Shown here in pieces: positions 26,222 to 37,803 of a stretch of 64,000 nucleotides of DNA. The translations under genes and the position numbers were made by a program. The stretch comes from Phoronis australis (lineage: Eukaryota; Animalia; Phoronida), in assembly GCA_002633005.1 (NCBI GenBank), contig NMRA01000113.1:196797-260796 (forward strand), in the 5' to 3' direction. The number at the start of each line of letters is the position of its first letter. Within the stretch, counting starts at the first letter, position 1. Below the pieces are notes generated by a model, which was given only the letters and a program-made list of their open reading frames with translations, made no database searches and had not been told where the DNA came from.

Positions 26222-27110
26222 AATATGTAATTCACTTGTCCTCCCACGTTTAAACAATGGCATTGCATCGTGGGGTTTTGGCAACACAGCCCACTGAGAA
26301 TCCTTCGGAATATATCAAATTCCAGCTATAATGCTCACGCTCTGCCCATATTTAAGGAAACTCGTCTCCCTCTACTTCAAGACATCTTTAAAATCTCAAC
26401 TGCAAAACATTACTACAAATTCCTCAATAACCAGCTTCCTAAGTATTTTTACACTAACAACTTCTTTAGTAAACCTATCCAATATAAACCAACCAGACAC
26501 ATTAAAACTCCTACATACCTGAATCAATACTCAGCTGCTATTTCGACAATACAACCCAAAATCTTAATACCTCCGTCCAACAAATTGTCATCAAGAGCCT
26601 AAGAGCCTGTATTAGATTTTAAATTCCTCGACTTATAAACAACAACGAAATACCAGTCTCTGATCTAAATTTAATAAAAGCACATTCTTTGAAAGCATTC
26701 TCCAAGCTCTTAACCAATTTTATTATTAGCAACTACGATCCAGTTTGTCATATTTCCAATTGCTTCATATGTAACACTATCTAATTCTATTCCCAAAATC
26801 TCCTGAGCTGTGCCAGTCCAAACTACGATCCAGTTTGTCATATTTCCAATTGCTTCATATGTAACAGTATCTAATTGTATTCTGAAAATCTCCTGAAATG
26901 TGCCAGTTTACTTCTTGGTTCCTGGCGTGTCGGTCGTTTTCAGCACTAATTCACTGTTTTCTTAAGTATTCCTACTGATTTTTGCATTTCCATTTGTTTA
27001 TTTTGTACAGGGGACCTTCTTATTAGCGGTCAATAACCTTTAGAAGGCCTCCTAATTGAAATCAAATTTTAATCAATGTATTATTATAATGTAATGTAAA
27101 TAAAAGCGTG
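26222..27110 (+). mobile_element. 5'-truncated L2/Crack-clade LINE 3' end
   Basis: Reads NSLVLPRLNNGIASWGF...LRNISNSSYNAHALPIFKETRLPLLQDIFK...YYKFLNNQLPKYF and ends CHISNCFICN-stop, the typical Crack/Daphne ORF2 C-terminus. A tandem duplication of about 90 bp lies at 26731-26908, and AATAAA is near 27098. Confidence 0.8.
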
Positions 27111-27217
27111 TTCTCTATTTCTCTCTCGCCTCTTATACGATTGACCTCACCTTGCCAAGTGGTGACGCGTTAACCTGTGAGGAAGGTGAGAAACGCCGCA
27201 GCCACGCTATATTGTGA

Positions 27218-27450
27218 TGCATCATTCCCGCTTGTCCGAACTATGAAGCTGCGAAGAAAGCAGGTATGTCGTTTTTTCGATTTCCTCGAGAGCCCGAAAT
27301 GCTTAGGAAGTGGCTCGCAGTAGTGAAGAATGAAAGATAGGCTGTTAATAGCAAGTAAGAGGCCGTGAAACTTCTCCATGTCTGTGGCCGGCATTTCGTT
27401 GACAGTGATTTCTCTGACGAATTCCGGCTTACCAAAGAAATATCCATATG
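27218..27450 (+). pseudogene. THAP zinc-finger domain relic (transposase-derived)
   Basis: CIIPACPN...MSFFRFPREPEMLRKWLAVV...HVCGRHFVDSDF, with two in-frame stops. Confidence 0.85.
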
Positions 27451-27936
27451 TTCCGTTGCCTGAGCATGTTCACGGCGCCTCTCTAGTATTTCTTGATCAG
27501 TGTACTACGGTTCAAACTGATAGACTGTGAAACCTAACAATCCGACCCGTGAAGTCTTTGTCGCCTGAGCACTAGTCGGGATTGGCGTGGGGCAAGTTGC
27601 CATTTATTAGTAGACGTTTATTATTCTTCGTTCTGTTTCAAAATGAATTATTCTCATCCTAACCAATGCTTATATGAAACTGATACAAAGTTTGTCTAAT
27701 TAGATACAATTTGTAATGCCTTGGAGTGCTCGTGAGTGCAAATGTTTTGAGAAGCCAGCAATGAATAAACCACTGCGTTACCGGCTTTTGATGCCGGCAA
27801 CAAAGGTAATTGACCGGGCACCGAGGCCGTGTGAGCGCATGCTAATTCAGTGTTTGCTGACCGTAGCTGTTGTGAAACAGTTACTCGATTATGCTATGGT
27901 CACATGTTAGGGGAATCTTAATTTAGAAATACAAAT

Positions 27937-28070
27937 CAGTGGCGGATTTAGAGGGAAAGACTCCCAGATTACATTAGGCAGTTTGGGGGTGCGAATGTCT
28001 GACGGGCAAAATCCTGGCTATTACCCTGCCCTGGCCCCCTCCCCAACTCAAAATCCTGGATCAGCTCCTG
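27937..28070. mobile_element. 134-bp MITE of the same terminal family, 5-bp TSD
   Basis: CAGTGGCGGATTTAG...CCTGGATCAGCTCCTG, flanked by CAAAT on both sides. Confidence 0.75.
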
Positions 28071-28957
28071 CAAATTCAAATCATTGTTACTGTACAACCT
28101 TTGCCCTGACAGTCTGTGCAAGGGGAACACGACATCGCGGCCCCCGACAAGTAAGATTTTCAGTTTCGTGGCTACATAAATAATTACGTCCACATTATTT
28201 CTTTGGCTCACTATTATAGTCTTTTCATGACTGGAGGCTTAGTCTCCAACTCAAGCTGGTTTATATTCGTGTGAATCCCGGCGGTCGCGACGGGCCTGAT
28301 CGGGTTCCGAGCTACTGGCCGGGATAAGTGTTTTGTGTGTTTAGAACTCAAATAATCACAAGTATAACAACACAGATTTAAGTTCTCCCGTCTGTATTTC
28401 ACGGAAGAATACTTCGAATTTATCTCTAAACAGACCCCAAACTCCTCAGTGCTGCGGACCTTGGTAAATTGGCCTGCCGAACTTTGTAGGCTATGGTGTA
28501 TCCATACCAGTAAATCCGTAACAGCGAAATAAAACAACACGTTTTTATAAGAGCTCGGTGTATTTGGGTTTTACATCGAAGTTTGATGATTTATTGGTAT
28601 TAAACGATGAATTCAAGCGATAAGCTGACACCAATAACCCATGTTGTGAACTGCTAAACAGACTGCGTGAGAAGCCAATTACGTTATTGAATAATTTCAA
28701 CCTCCGTTTGCCGTCAGGTGTCAGGTAACGCAACCAAACATGCCGTTTTCGAGTAGAACTACTCGATCTAAATTGGGTGGCATTCTCCTCTAATTGCCAA
28801 ATGAGCCAGCAACTCAAATCGTCAAGCAACACAGAAATGTGCATCACAAGAAATTCGTGACCTAGGCCATCTGCAAGGTGGCGATCGTCGTGTGAGTGTT
28901 TGCCAACCACAATCTGCGTCAGAGATCAGTTCCCTTGTTAGCGTTTCACACAACCTA

Positions 28958-29121
28958 ATGTACAAAGGAGGTAGACGGTCGACAAGAATTAAAATTAACT
29001 TAAAAGTTTGGTGGAATCTGATATTGATATCACAGAATCTAAACTACCGAAGCACGTTGAGACTGTGGGCGAGGAATTTTGGCAAGTTGAACGTGTCATA
29101 GCTCGACGAAAATCAAAAACA
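28958..29121 (+). pseudogene. Exon relic encoding the start of a chromodomain
   Basis: With one frameshift it reads MYKGGRRSTRIKIN.KSLVESDIDITESKLPKHVETVGEEFWQVERVIARRKSKT, ending at the strong donor gtgagt. The next acceptor (ttcactttcccag, 29300) gives LEFM and then diverges. Confidence 0.55.
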
Positions 29122-29466
29122 GTGAGTATTAACATACCATAACAAGTGAAGTGGCACAGCTCAGCTGACTCAGATCCACCGAGTTGTTGCTGCACACAAT
29201 TAATAATTTACTGTTGATTAATTATTAACTATTTTATAGTTGCAATGGTCTGTGAATTGTGTTTTGATATAGTCTTATTATGTCTGTTTCACTTTCCCAG
29301 TTAGAATTCATGCAGGCGGGTATGTACTACTCTAAACTTGCCTCAGCTGTCTCACGTACCTCAGTCCTCAGGCTTAAAGCCTAACTTCAACAGAATTTTG
29401 TTATTTTAAATGTCCAGATAGTCCTAGCAAAGCCATAGCAAAATAAGAAAACGCGAGTTCAATCAC

Positions 29467-30105
29467 GCAAATGTTTTTTTGCCATATTGCGTCACCACGA
29501 GATCCCAGCACAAACAACAAAAGGCCGATAACAGTTGTATTGAATAGGGATCTGAACAGAACACCATTGCTTGTGGGTGTTATTCCCAGCTATTTAAATT
29601 AAAAGGTGTAACCCATGGTGACATAGACAAAAGCAAGCCAATATGCCTAACAGCTCCTGACATTTGGCATTATGACACTTAAGTGGGCTCAGAGCAATGC
29701 TCTTAACATACTGTAAAAAACAAATGTTGAGTGTCTTTAGGTCAACATTATGGCATTATGCTGCAATATAACCTAATTTCTGACANGCAAATGTTTTATT
29801 GCCATATTGCGTCACCACGAGATCCCAGCACAAACAACAAAAGGCCGATAGCAGTTGTATTGAATAGGGATCTGAACAGAACACCATTGCTTGTGGGTGT
29901 TATTCCCAGCTATTTAAATTAAAAGGTGTAACCCATGGTGACATAGACAAAAGCAAGCCAATATGCCTAACAGCTCCTGACATTTGGCATTATGACACTT
30001 AAGTGGGCTCAGAGCAATGCTCTTAACATACTGTAAAAAACAAATGTTGAGTGTCTTTAGGTCAACATTATGGCATTATGCTGCAATATAACCTAATTTC
30101 TGACA
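29467..30105. other. 319-bp duplication centred on N at 29786 (probable assembly artefact)
   Basis: 29467-29785 versus 29787-30105, two visible substitutions. Confidence 0.85.
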
Positions 30106-33100
30106 CAATGCACACTTTAGTCTAAAAATTTAGAGAGTCTGTTACTGTGTTGTTGATACATTGCTTTTAGCTTTGGGTTGGCTGGACTTTTGCCTATAAT
30201 TCGCCAGAGAGTTGGGAAACAGAGTGTCTTTAACACCAGACCTCGCCACTCTGTACACCAAGCTATTGTTCCCCTTTGAAAGCCAAGAGGAGGTTAAAAA
30301 GAGCACTTCTTGCAGTATTGCAGTGACCATTGGTAGATGATTACAATCTTAGTTAGGGTAGTCAGTATTATCCTAACACTGTATTCACTGCAGGCAGGGG
30401 TCGACATTATTAAGCGTGTACATGCTCGAAAATACAATTAAAAAAAGTTTATTACCAGTAGGAAATTGACCTCACTCCTGTTATTTGAACAGGTATGGAG
30501 TGGACGTTCAGTATTTTTAGGTCATCGCTTTTTGGGAGTTCTAATCCAGAAATACGAGTGCAAAATATATTTTTGAGCAGGCATTTTCGCCTATGTCGAG
30601 GGCTGGCATAAATGTATTGGCTTTATTTTTTAGATTTTTGAAGTGCATCACCGGGCAAAAGTTACAGTTGTATGGAAGTAGGGCCGGTATACTTTTACAC
30701 TGGACTTTATTTTGTTACTTATTAAACTCTTACGATTATTTTCATGTGTTGAAATTCAGTTATTGTATGCTGTTGTTTTTTAGAAACGTTTATCATATGC
30801 AAACATTCAATTATGAAATGTAAACAAAAAGGTGCCTCATGATAGAAATTTGTAACATTTGCATTTTTGTTTTTTGTATTCATTTATGAATTTCATTTCA
30901 TGTTAAGTGATGTTGCTTTTTCACAAAAATCTCCTATTGCCTGCAAACATGTCGTATGAAGTGGCTGAATAAACTTCCATTCTAGTTATTTACAATTTAA
31001 ATCTGAACTTTAGCAGTTCTTTAAACCAGCATCATTGCCATTTTGTATGTTTATCATTACATAAAATGAAGTTTTGGACAATAAATTACTTTAAATAAAT
31101 TAATTTTTTGCTAGCTACTATGAACCTGTTTCAGTTGTTGGAAAGTTCATTCCATATTAGTTACTTGTACATTCACTAGCACAGTCTGTTTTGAAATGAA
31201 ACGGTGCGCTGCCTAGGTGAATTTAGGGGGGTCCGACAGCGTCCAGGCCACCCTTCCGCATATGATAAATAATGGCACTGACATGCATATCATTTTCAGT
31301 TGCTGGAATCCTTAGCTAATTGTGATACCTACTGCTAATTCAGGAATCATAAAAGTTCGTTCCATATTATTTTCCCGTACATTCACCAGCACAATCTGTT
31401 TTGAAACCAAATGCACGGGCGGATCCAGGATTTTTTAAAAGGGGGTTGGAACAAGGATTTTTTAAACAAGGAGGTCCAAGTTAACAATTTGAAAATTCTA
31501 AATTTGATATCACTAAAATCAAGGGAAAAACAGGGTGGGTGACCCCACCTGAATCCGCATATGAAGCGGTACGCTGCATTGGTGGATTTAGGGGGGTCTG
31601 AGGGGGCCCAGAGCTGCCCCCCAAACATGATAAAAAACAGTGCCGACATATCATAGAATGAAATTTTAACACACCAATCTAGTTTAAACCTACAAACACA
31701 TTTTAATCAACACTCTATGTTCGACCAATACTTTACATATATATATCAAATTTACTCCAACAAAGAATGAACTGACATGCATCATTACAGAAATCAATAA
31801 CAGTCAACTCAAGTGACTTTCCATGTCTGTACAACTGAGATTAACAAAAGGGTTAACAAAAGAAAACTAAGACAATTTGTTTAAATGACCTTGACAGCAG
31901 GAGTAAGAGTTAATGATTACTTGTAGCAGTAAATTAGAGTTGCATTAAGAAGCTTATGAACACATTCTGTGAGGCCTTCAGTAGACTGGGGAGGGTATCA
32001 AGACAAGAGAATAGCCTCCCATAAACAAGACCTGGTTCTAGAAAATTTTATGATTTTCATTATATTTTATGTATTCTAGACGTCTCCTCGAGAAGGTTCA
32101 ATTGGCTCGAGTCCGGTATTTTTCATAGGATGTCTTCCTTTTCAGGTCTTACACCAAGCACAAGTTGAGAAATTTCTGACAACAGGTCCATTTCATGAAA
32201 AGATGAATATTCGTCTTCTAGTAAATGGTGAATGGCACATTTTCTAGAATGACATTTCTTCAAAGCATTTTTAAAGAGTCAGGGCTGCATTTACTCCAAT
32301 TGTTGCATTCCTTCAATATGTCTCAGGCCAGAGTACAACTCAACAGTTGTGGAATATGTCATAATGCTCATCAGCTGAAAGACAACCAACGCAATAGCAA
32401 GTCTTACAGCACTTTGCTTTATTTCCTGATACTTTGGTTATGTAGGATCTTATCGACTTGTCCATGAATTTAGCCAAATATACAAAACTGTAGATTTTAA
32501 CAGTATAAAAGTAAATATTTTCTGAAAGTAGAATGCCTGCATAATTTGATTTTTTACTTAATATTATAATAATATCAATCTGATATTAATTGGATTACAT
32601 GACCACGTCTGTTTGATGAAATTAAGCAAAAAGGAAAGCAACATCGATGGCAAAACGATATCAATAACATTTTACTAAATCATCATTTCGTTTTCATTTG
32701 ACGTCACTTATGAGTTACTAAAAAGTTCTATTTTTGATGGCTCCTAATGCAAATGTGGAAATTTTTAAAAACAATCCTTAAAAGGGTTTTGGAGGCCAGT
32801 GCATAATGTACACCATCTGAAAGTACGATCAGACATTTCTGAGGTATGATGATCGAAATTTTGCTATAACCTTAAAAAGTCAACAAAAAGTTCATTTTAT
32901 TGTTCATATCTAATTACGACTTGAAATATGTTCTGTGTAATAAGTAATGCAATTTACAAGCAAAACAACTGCTGCCAAAGTATTTTGGATAAATATGTCC
33001 TTGATGTGCATAAATCCTTTGAGAAAGTCCCTGGGGATGTTTGCAAAATAATGAGTAGAGGCTGCCATTTACCAACTTCAGATGATATCAGGCACTACAA

Positions 33101-36100
33101 GGCAAACATTCCCACCCAAGACAATACCCAGTAGAGCAAAATACTCATTCAAGTTGACCACACGTACCAAACAGCTACTCCTATGGAACCCCCCCCCCAT
33201 GGAAAATACAGTTTTGATTTTGTCTTTGATGAATGTTCAAGCAGAGTGACGGAAAAATGGTAACAACGGCTGTGATAAGCGTTGTTTGTATCTACTCCAG
33301 CCTAGGATGCTCTAAAATGACCCAGTCGTTGTTAAAGAAAGATAACAAAAAGTTGGAAAAACTAAACGTTAAGAATTTTGAATAAAAAGTAAGGACAGAC
33401 CAAATACAGGAAAAAGTAGGAAAATAGGAAACCATAGAAAAAGTAAGAACACTTGAAAGACTATTTTCTATAGATCCCAAAAATTAAGAGCTTCCCAACT
33501 CCAAATCCCCCACAAACCAGAATCAGCTAAGACACATATTTTCCTCTTTAGGGCATTTACTGCAAAATTTGAGCAAAACTTGAGACTAACAGTTGGTTCT
33601 GAAAACTGTCATCCTGAAATGCAGTTTGGATCCTCAAATCCTGCATTGGGACAGAGTGGCAATCATCTCTCAGAAGTCAGAATCAGCTACAGCTGCAAGT
33701 TGCCAATGCAACATCAGATTGTGTTTGGCGACCTGGGAAAAGTTCCAAGTCGCCACAAAGCCGCCAGTACGAGTTTCAAAGTTAGACAAAAATTCCCTCT
33801 AAATTTGTTTCAAAGTTCTTGTTGACTTCCAAACTTTAAATAGGGCCGTCCCGGATTACACAGCAACACTCGAATCTCGCTGTATTTACCCACAATGCTC
33901 TCAGCATCCATTAGGCATATTTGCTGCCTCATTTTCATGCCACTGGAGTTTCACATGTTATTCATTGTTGTCCGATTCTTTACATGTTTTTCTCCGTTGC
34001 ACTGCTCTATTCGACCCTCCAATTCCAACGAAGTATTACTGCTGTGTTGCGGGCCGCAACTCCGATGTGAGTTTGATAAACTTGGCAAATACCCGTGGAT
34101 GCATGATCTGAAATTCTTCGCCTTCTCGACATCACAAAAATGTGCCTGATTTCCAAAACGAGGTCCGATGACCTTGATTGTCATACTACCCAATGTCCAT
34201 TAGCAACTGCTCATGTGATGTCATGGACATATATCAGCCTTCAAAAATATACGTGTATTGACAATCTTAATCCTTGTTTGTCTCCGTAAGCAGAGTTTTG
34301 AAACGGTCGCTGATATCGCCGTCCTAAAGTCGTGACCGTTTCGTTTAGACGGAAATGCATGAAGTAAGACCACACAAGTCAACCGTGACTACAGTGCTTA
34401 CAATTACTCTAGACGACATAAAATGCATTGCATTGTTTATTGATTCAGTTTCAATTCAAATAAATTGTTATATGTTTTGCACCCAACTTTCATGCGCACA
34501 GACGTTTTCAATGAGGTTCACGTAAAACGCTAAGAACCCAGCATCAATTATCTCTCTGCATGTATTTTATTGCTTTGGCCTACAAAACTTGATCGACCCT
34601 TGCACATTTTGATACATTGTTCAAGCTACCCTTGAAGCGCGTGTTGGAGTAAATTTGAACGATGAATATTTTCGAAAATATATCCCAAAAATGCACAAAA
34701 AGTGGATTAGTGAAATGTGCTGTTTAAAAAGAAGCCACTCACTCACTGTTTGTTATCATATTGTGAATACCAACACGTGCGGGTATTCGTTTGACATTCA
34801 TAAGCAGACGAACGCTGGAAACTTCAACGGCAGATGTCGCGGGACCGCGCAGAAGAGGAAATAAGATCGTTCACGACTAGAGTTTAGGGCACTCACGACT
34901 TGATCTCAAATTTCAAACATGGCCTGTACATGTTCTGGTTAGAGTTGAGTCACTTATCTGCATTTGGGGAGCCAATTCAAAGTTGAAATAAAACAAGTTG
35001 GGCAATCACACCTACAGCTGCAGTTACAGCTGTCATTTGACTTACTGTTTCCAGGTAACCTTACGGCTTACACAGGTTACACACACACGTGTGTTAAACT
35101 ACTACAGTTATTCGAACACTTTAAAAAAAAAAGACTGTAGAATTTAAGTCAATGAAGTAAGTTCAAATAACATATACCGTATTCAAGTATTTTTAACGAT
35201 AAAAACCCAACGCAGTCGCGCCAACCTCCTAAAACCCAGTAGAGGGAATTACTTACCCACTGTTTTAAACTGTTTACCTCTTCACTGTGACTACCCGTCT
35301 TATCTGACAGCTGTACAATATGTAGCCACGGTATACTTTTGAGGTCAGCAATGCTTTTTAAAATGAATGAAATGAAAAATATCGAAAAAATAAACACAAA
35401 TAAAATTATAAAAGCAAAAGGGTTGAAATATCATCAAATTTGGACATAAAATTTACAATTTCATTGTATAAAACCTGGTCTCAGATATATGTTTCTAGCA
35501 CCCTGACATCTAGTGTTCTTTGTTGAAATTATGGCGCGGCAATATTGAAATCGGTATTGAAAACTGGGCCCCGGGTTTTCAGTCAGCCAATACTTGTCAG
35601 CTAAAGAACTCCTATGTGTGTTGTGACAATGGTTTAGGGAGGTTGATGTTTTCTTGAAATTCAGTTAAAAAGGTAATGCAGTACAACTTCTTCCGAAGAT
35701 ACAGTGTGGAAATAGTTGTTTACAGACAGGTTACGTCCAGTTGACAGTGAGTGAGTCAATGAGTGAATGACGTAGTCTGTACCAGGCCAGGAGACCGATT
35801 GAAATTGAGCCTATAAATTGGTCAGTGTCGTTCTTAATAATAGAAATAAGCTAGACAGTGCTGGATATAATCATGGTGCGATATTAGTTCTACTGAATGC
35901 CTCGAGAAGACATTGATTACTGGCACAGAATAGAGGGTTCTGTTCGACATAAGATAGCCACACGCCCACAACAGGCCTCATAACGTACACTGGATGGGTT
36001 TTCAGCACATTACACCTTATCCTGGCTAAGTAATCATATTAGTGGTGTTATTAGTTAGAACCTGTGGTTAAAATATCCACCTGTACTCAGCTGATGTCAA

Positions 36101-36879
36101 ACCTGGCCGGGCTGCCGGTGTACGCCGGAATCGAGCGTCCAAACTGACCTGCATGCTGGCAAGAGCCCTATCTCGTCCTAACCCGCTCGTTCACGTTGTT
36201 CTTATCGTCTGAACCTTGATCCTTTCTTTGTCCCTTACTCCAATTCTGACAACAGTAAATTCTCACTGATTTCAGACACAATTTGGCAAAGAAGTATTTT
36301 TCTACTTTTTCATTAAAGATAACACAAAATATAGGCTGTGTAAGTCTCAATTTATGACTTCCATTTGACAATGTTTTGAAAAACCTTGGGCATTCACAAC
36401 CATAATGGTATAGCTTTTGAAAAAGGACAATTTTGGCTATTATTTTTGTCTGAAGTTATGAGATTTTACTGTACCACAGATTGTTCTATCCTCATATAAT
36501 TATGCATGTTGTGGAACTAACTTCCCATTGCCACAACCTCCACCCCTTCAAATTTCGTTGCATCGTTTAGGATTGGGGTTCATGACTTTTCAAAGTTGCG
36601 TAACTTTTATGTTGCATGATACTTAGTCTTAGTCCATTTATTTCCAACTTTTCTTTGTCTTTATGTTTTGTTTTTGTCAAGTTTTGTTGTTATTCTGTTA
36701 TTCTTCATATCTTTTATTTATGACCCCTGTCACACATTGCTCTTTCCTACTACTAAGAACTTTACCAGCTCTTGTTTATTTGACATCACACACAGCCAGT
36801 GTCATCAAATAATTGATGCTAAAGGCTGTCATCTCGATAATGATGATGATAAAGTACTAGTAGGCGATGGCATATCCAA

Positions 36880-37240
36880 GTCAAACCTGTGTGCTAGATT
36901 TTTTCCAAATTACCCTTAAGCCTAGCTAAACTACCAAAGTTACAATTACACTATATCTTTCGATAGTAGATAGGCACCTTTGAAGGCAGTTGGAGTCTTT
37001 ACATCCTTCCAACTCAAACAAATACTCTTGAGCGCAATCAACATTTTTTGTAGTCCTTCGTTCCGCTAATGAAATTGAAAACTGAACGCCATTGCAGTCA
37101 TTGTGAAATATACAGAGGGATATAGGGCAGTCACTCATCTGCCAGTCACTTTGAGAGGAGGCAGCACAGACTTGGAACCTATAGGCAACAAGATGCCCCT
37201 GTTTTGCGTACAAAATAGTTTTCTAACTTATCCTTTTTCT
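36880..37240 (-). pseudogene. Highly degenerate non-LTR reverse-transcriptase relic
   Basis: Fragments such as CPISLCIFHND and EGLQKMLIALKSICLSWK resemble LINE RT motifs (GCPLSPLLFNIFINDL; EGLQ.LL..L..YC..W). There are many disruptions. Confidence 0.35.
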
Positions 37241-37608
37241 TTGTGTGTTTTCCAAAACTGAATAATAGTCAAAATACAATTTGATTTTAAATGACTGCTG
37301 TAATAACTCACACATTGATATGCTGTAAGTAAGAATTTTTAGTTTTCTTACATGCCATATGTTGGTAGCATCATGTGACCTACAGTTAAGTCTGAAAACA
37401 CATCTTTCTGGACAGAGTTCTTTTCAGACTTGTGTCTAGGTCACGTCTATCACCGTGATGTGACCAACATGTGTCTTGCAAGAAGAATAATAATTATTTC
37501 TTACTGTTTTGTTCTCAAACAATTTTCTGCATATGATCTGTTACAAATACTGTTTATTTTAAACACAAGGTGTTGTAGTTGTTGTTTGACTATTTTCAGC
37601 TTTCAACC

Positions 37609-37803
37609 ATGGATAGTCCCAGCCTTGCTACACCAAGGCAGCTAATCAAGAATGTTCTTGCTAGCAAGACTGTCAGCCAAAGTGCCTTGAAACCCACGAA
37701 GAAAGTGAAAACTCCAGCCAGTGTCAATGAGCCTGTTGCTAAACGCACGAGATCCAGCCCAAGAAAGTCGGCGATTGAAAGTGACACAACCCCACGGACA
37801 CTG
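37609..37803 (+). CDS. CENPT: CENP-T coding exon 1 (MDSPSLATPRQLIKNVL...DTTPRTL)
   Basis: Acceptor tattttcag before 37600, Kozak-like accATGg at 37609, donor gtatgg at 37804; phase 0. Confidence 0.85.
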
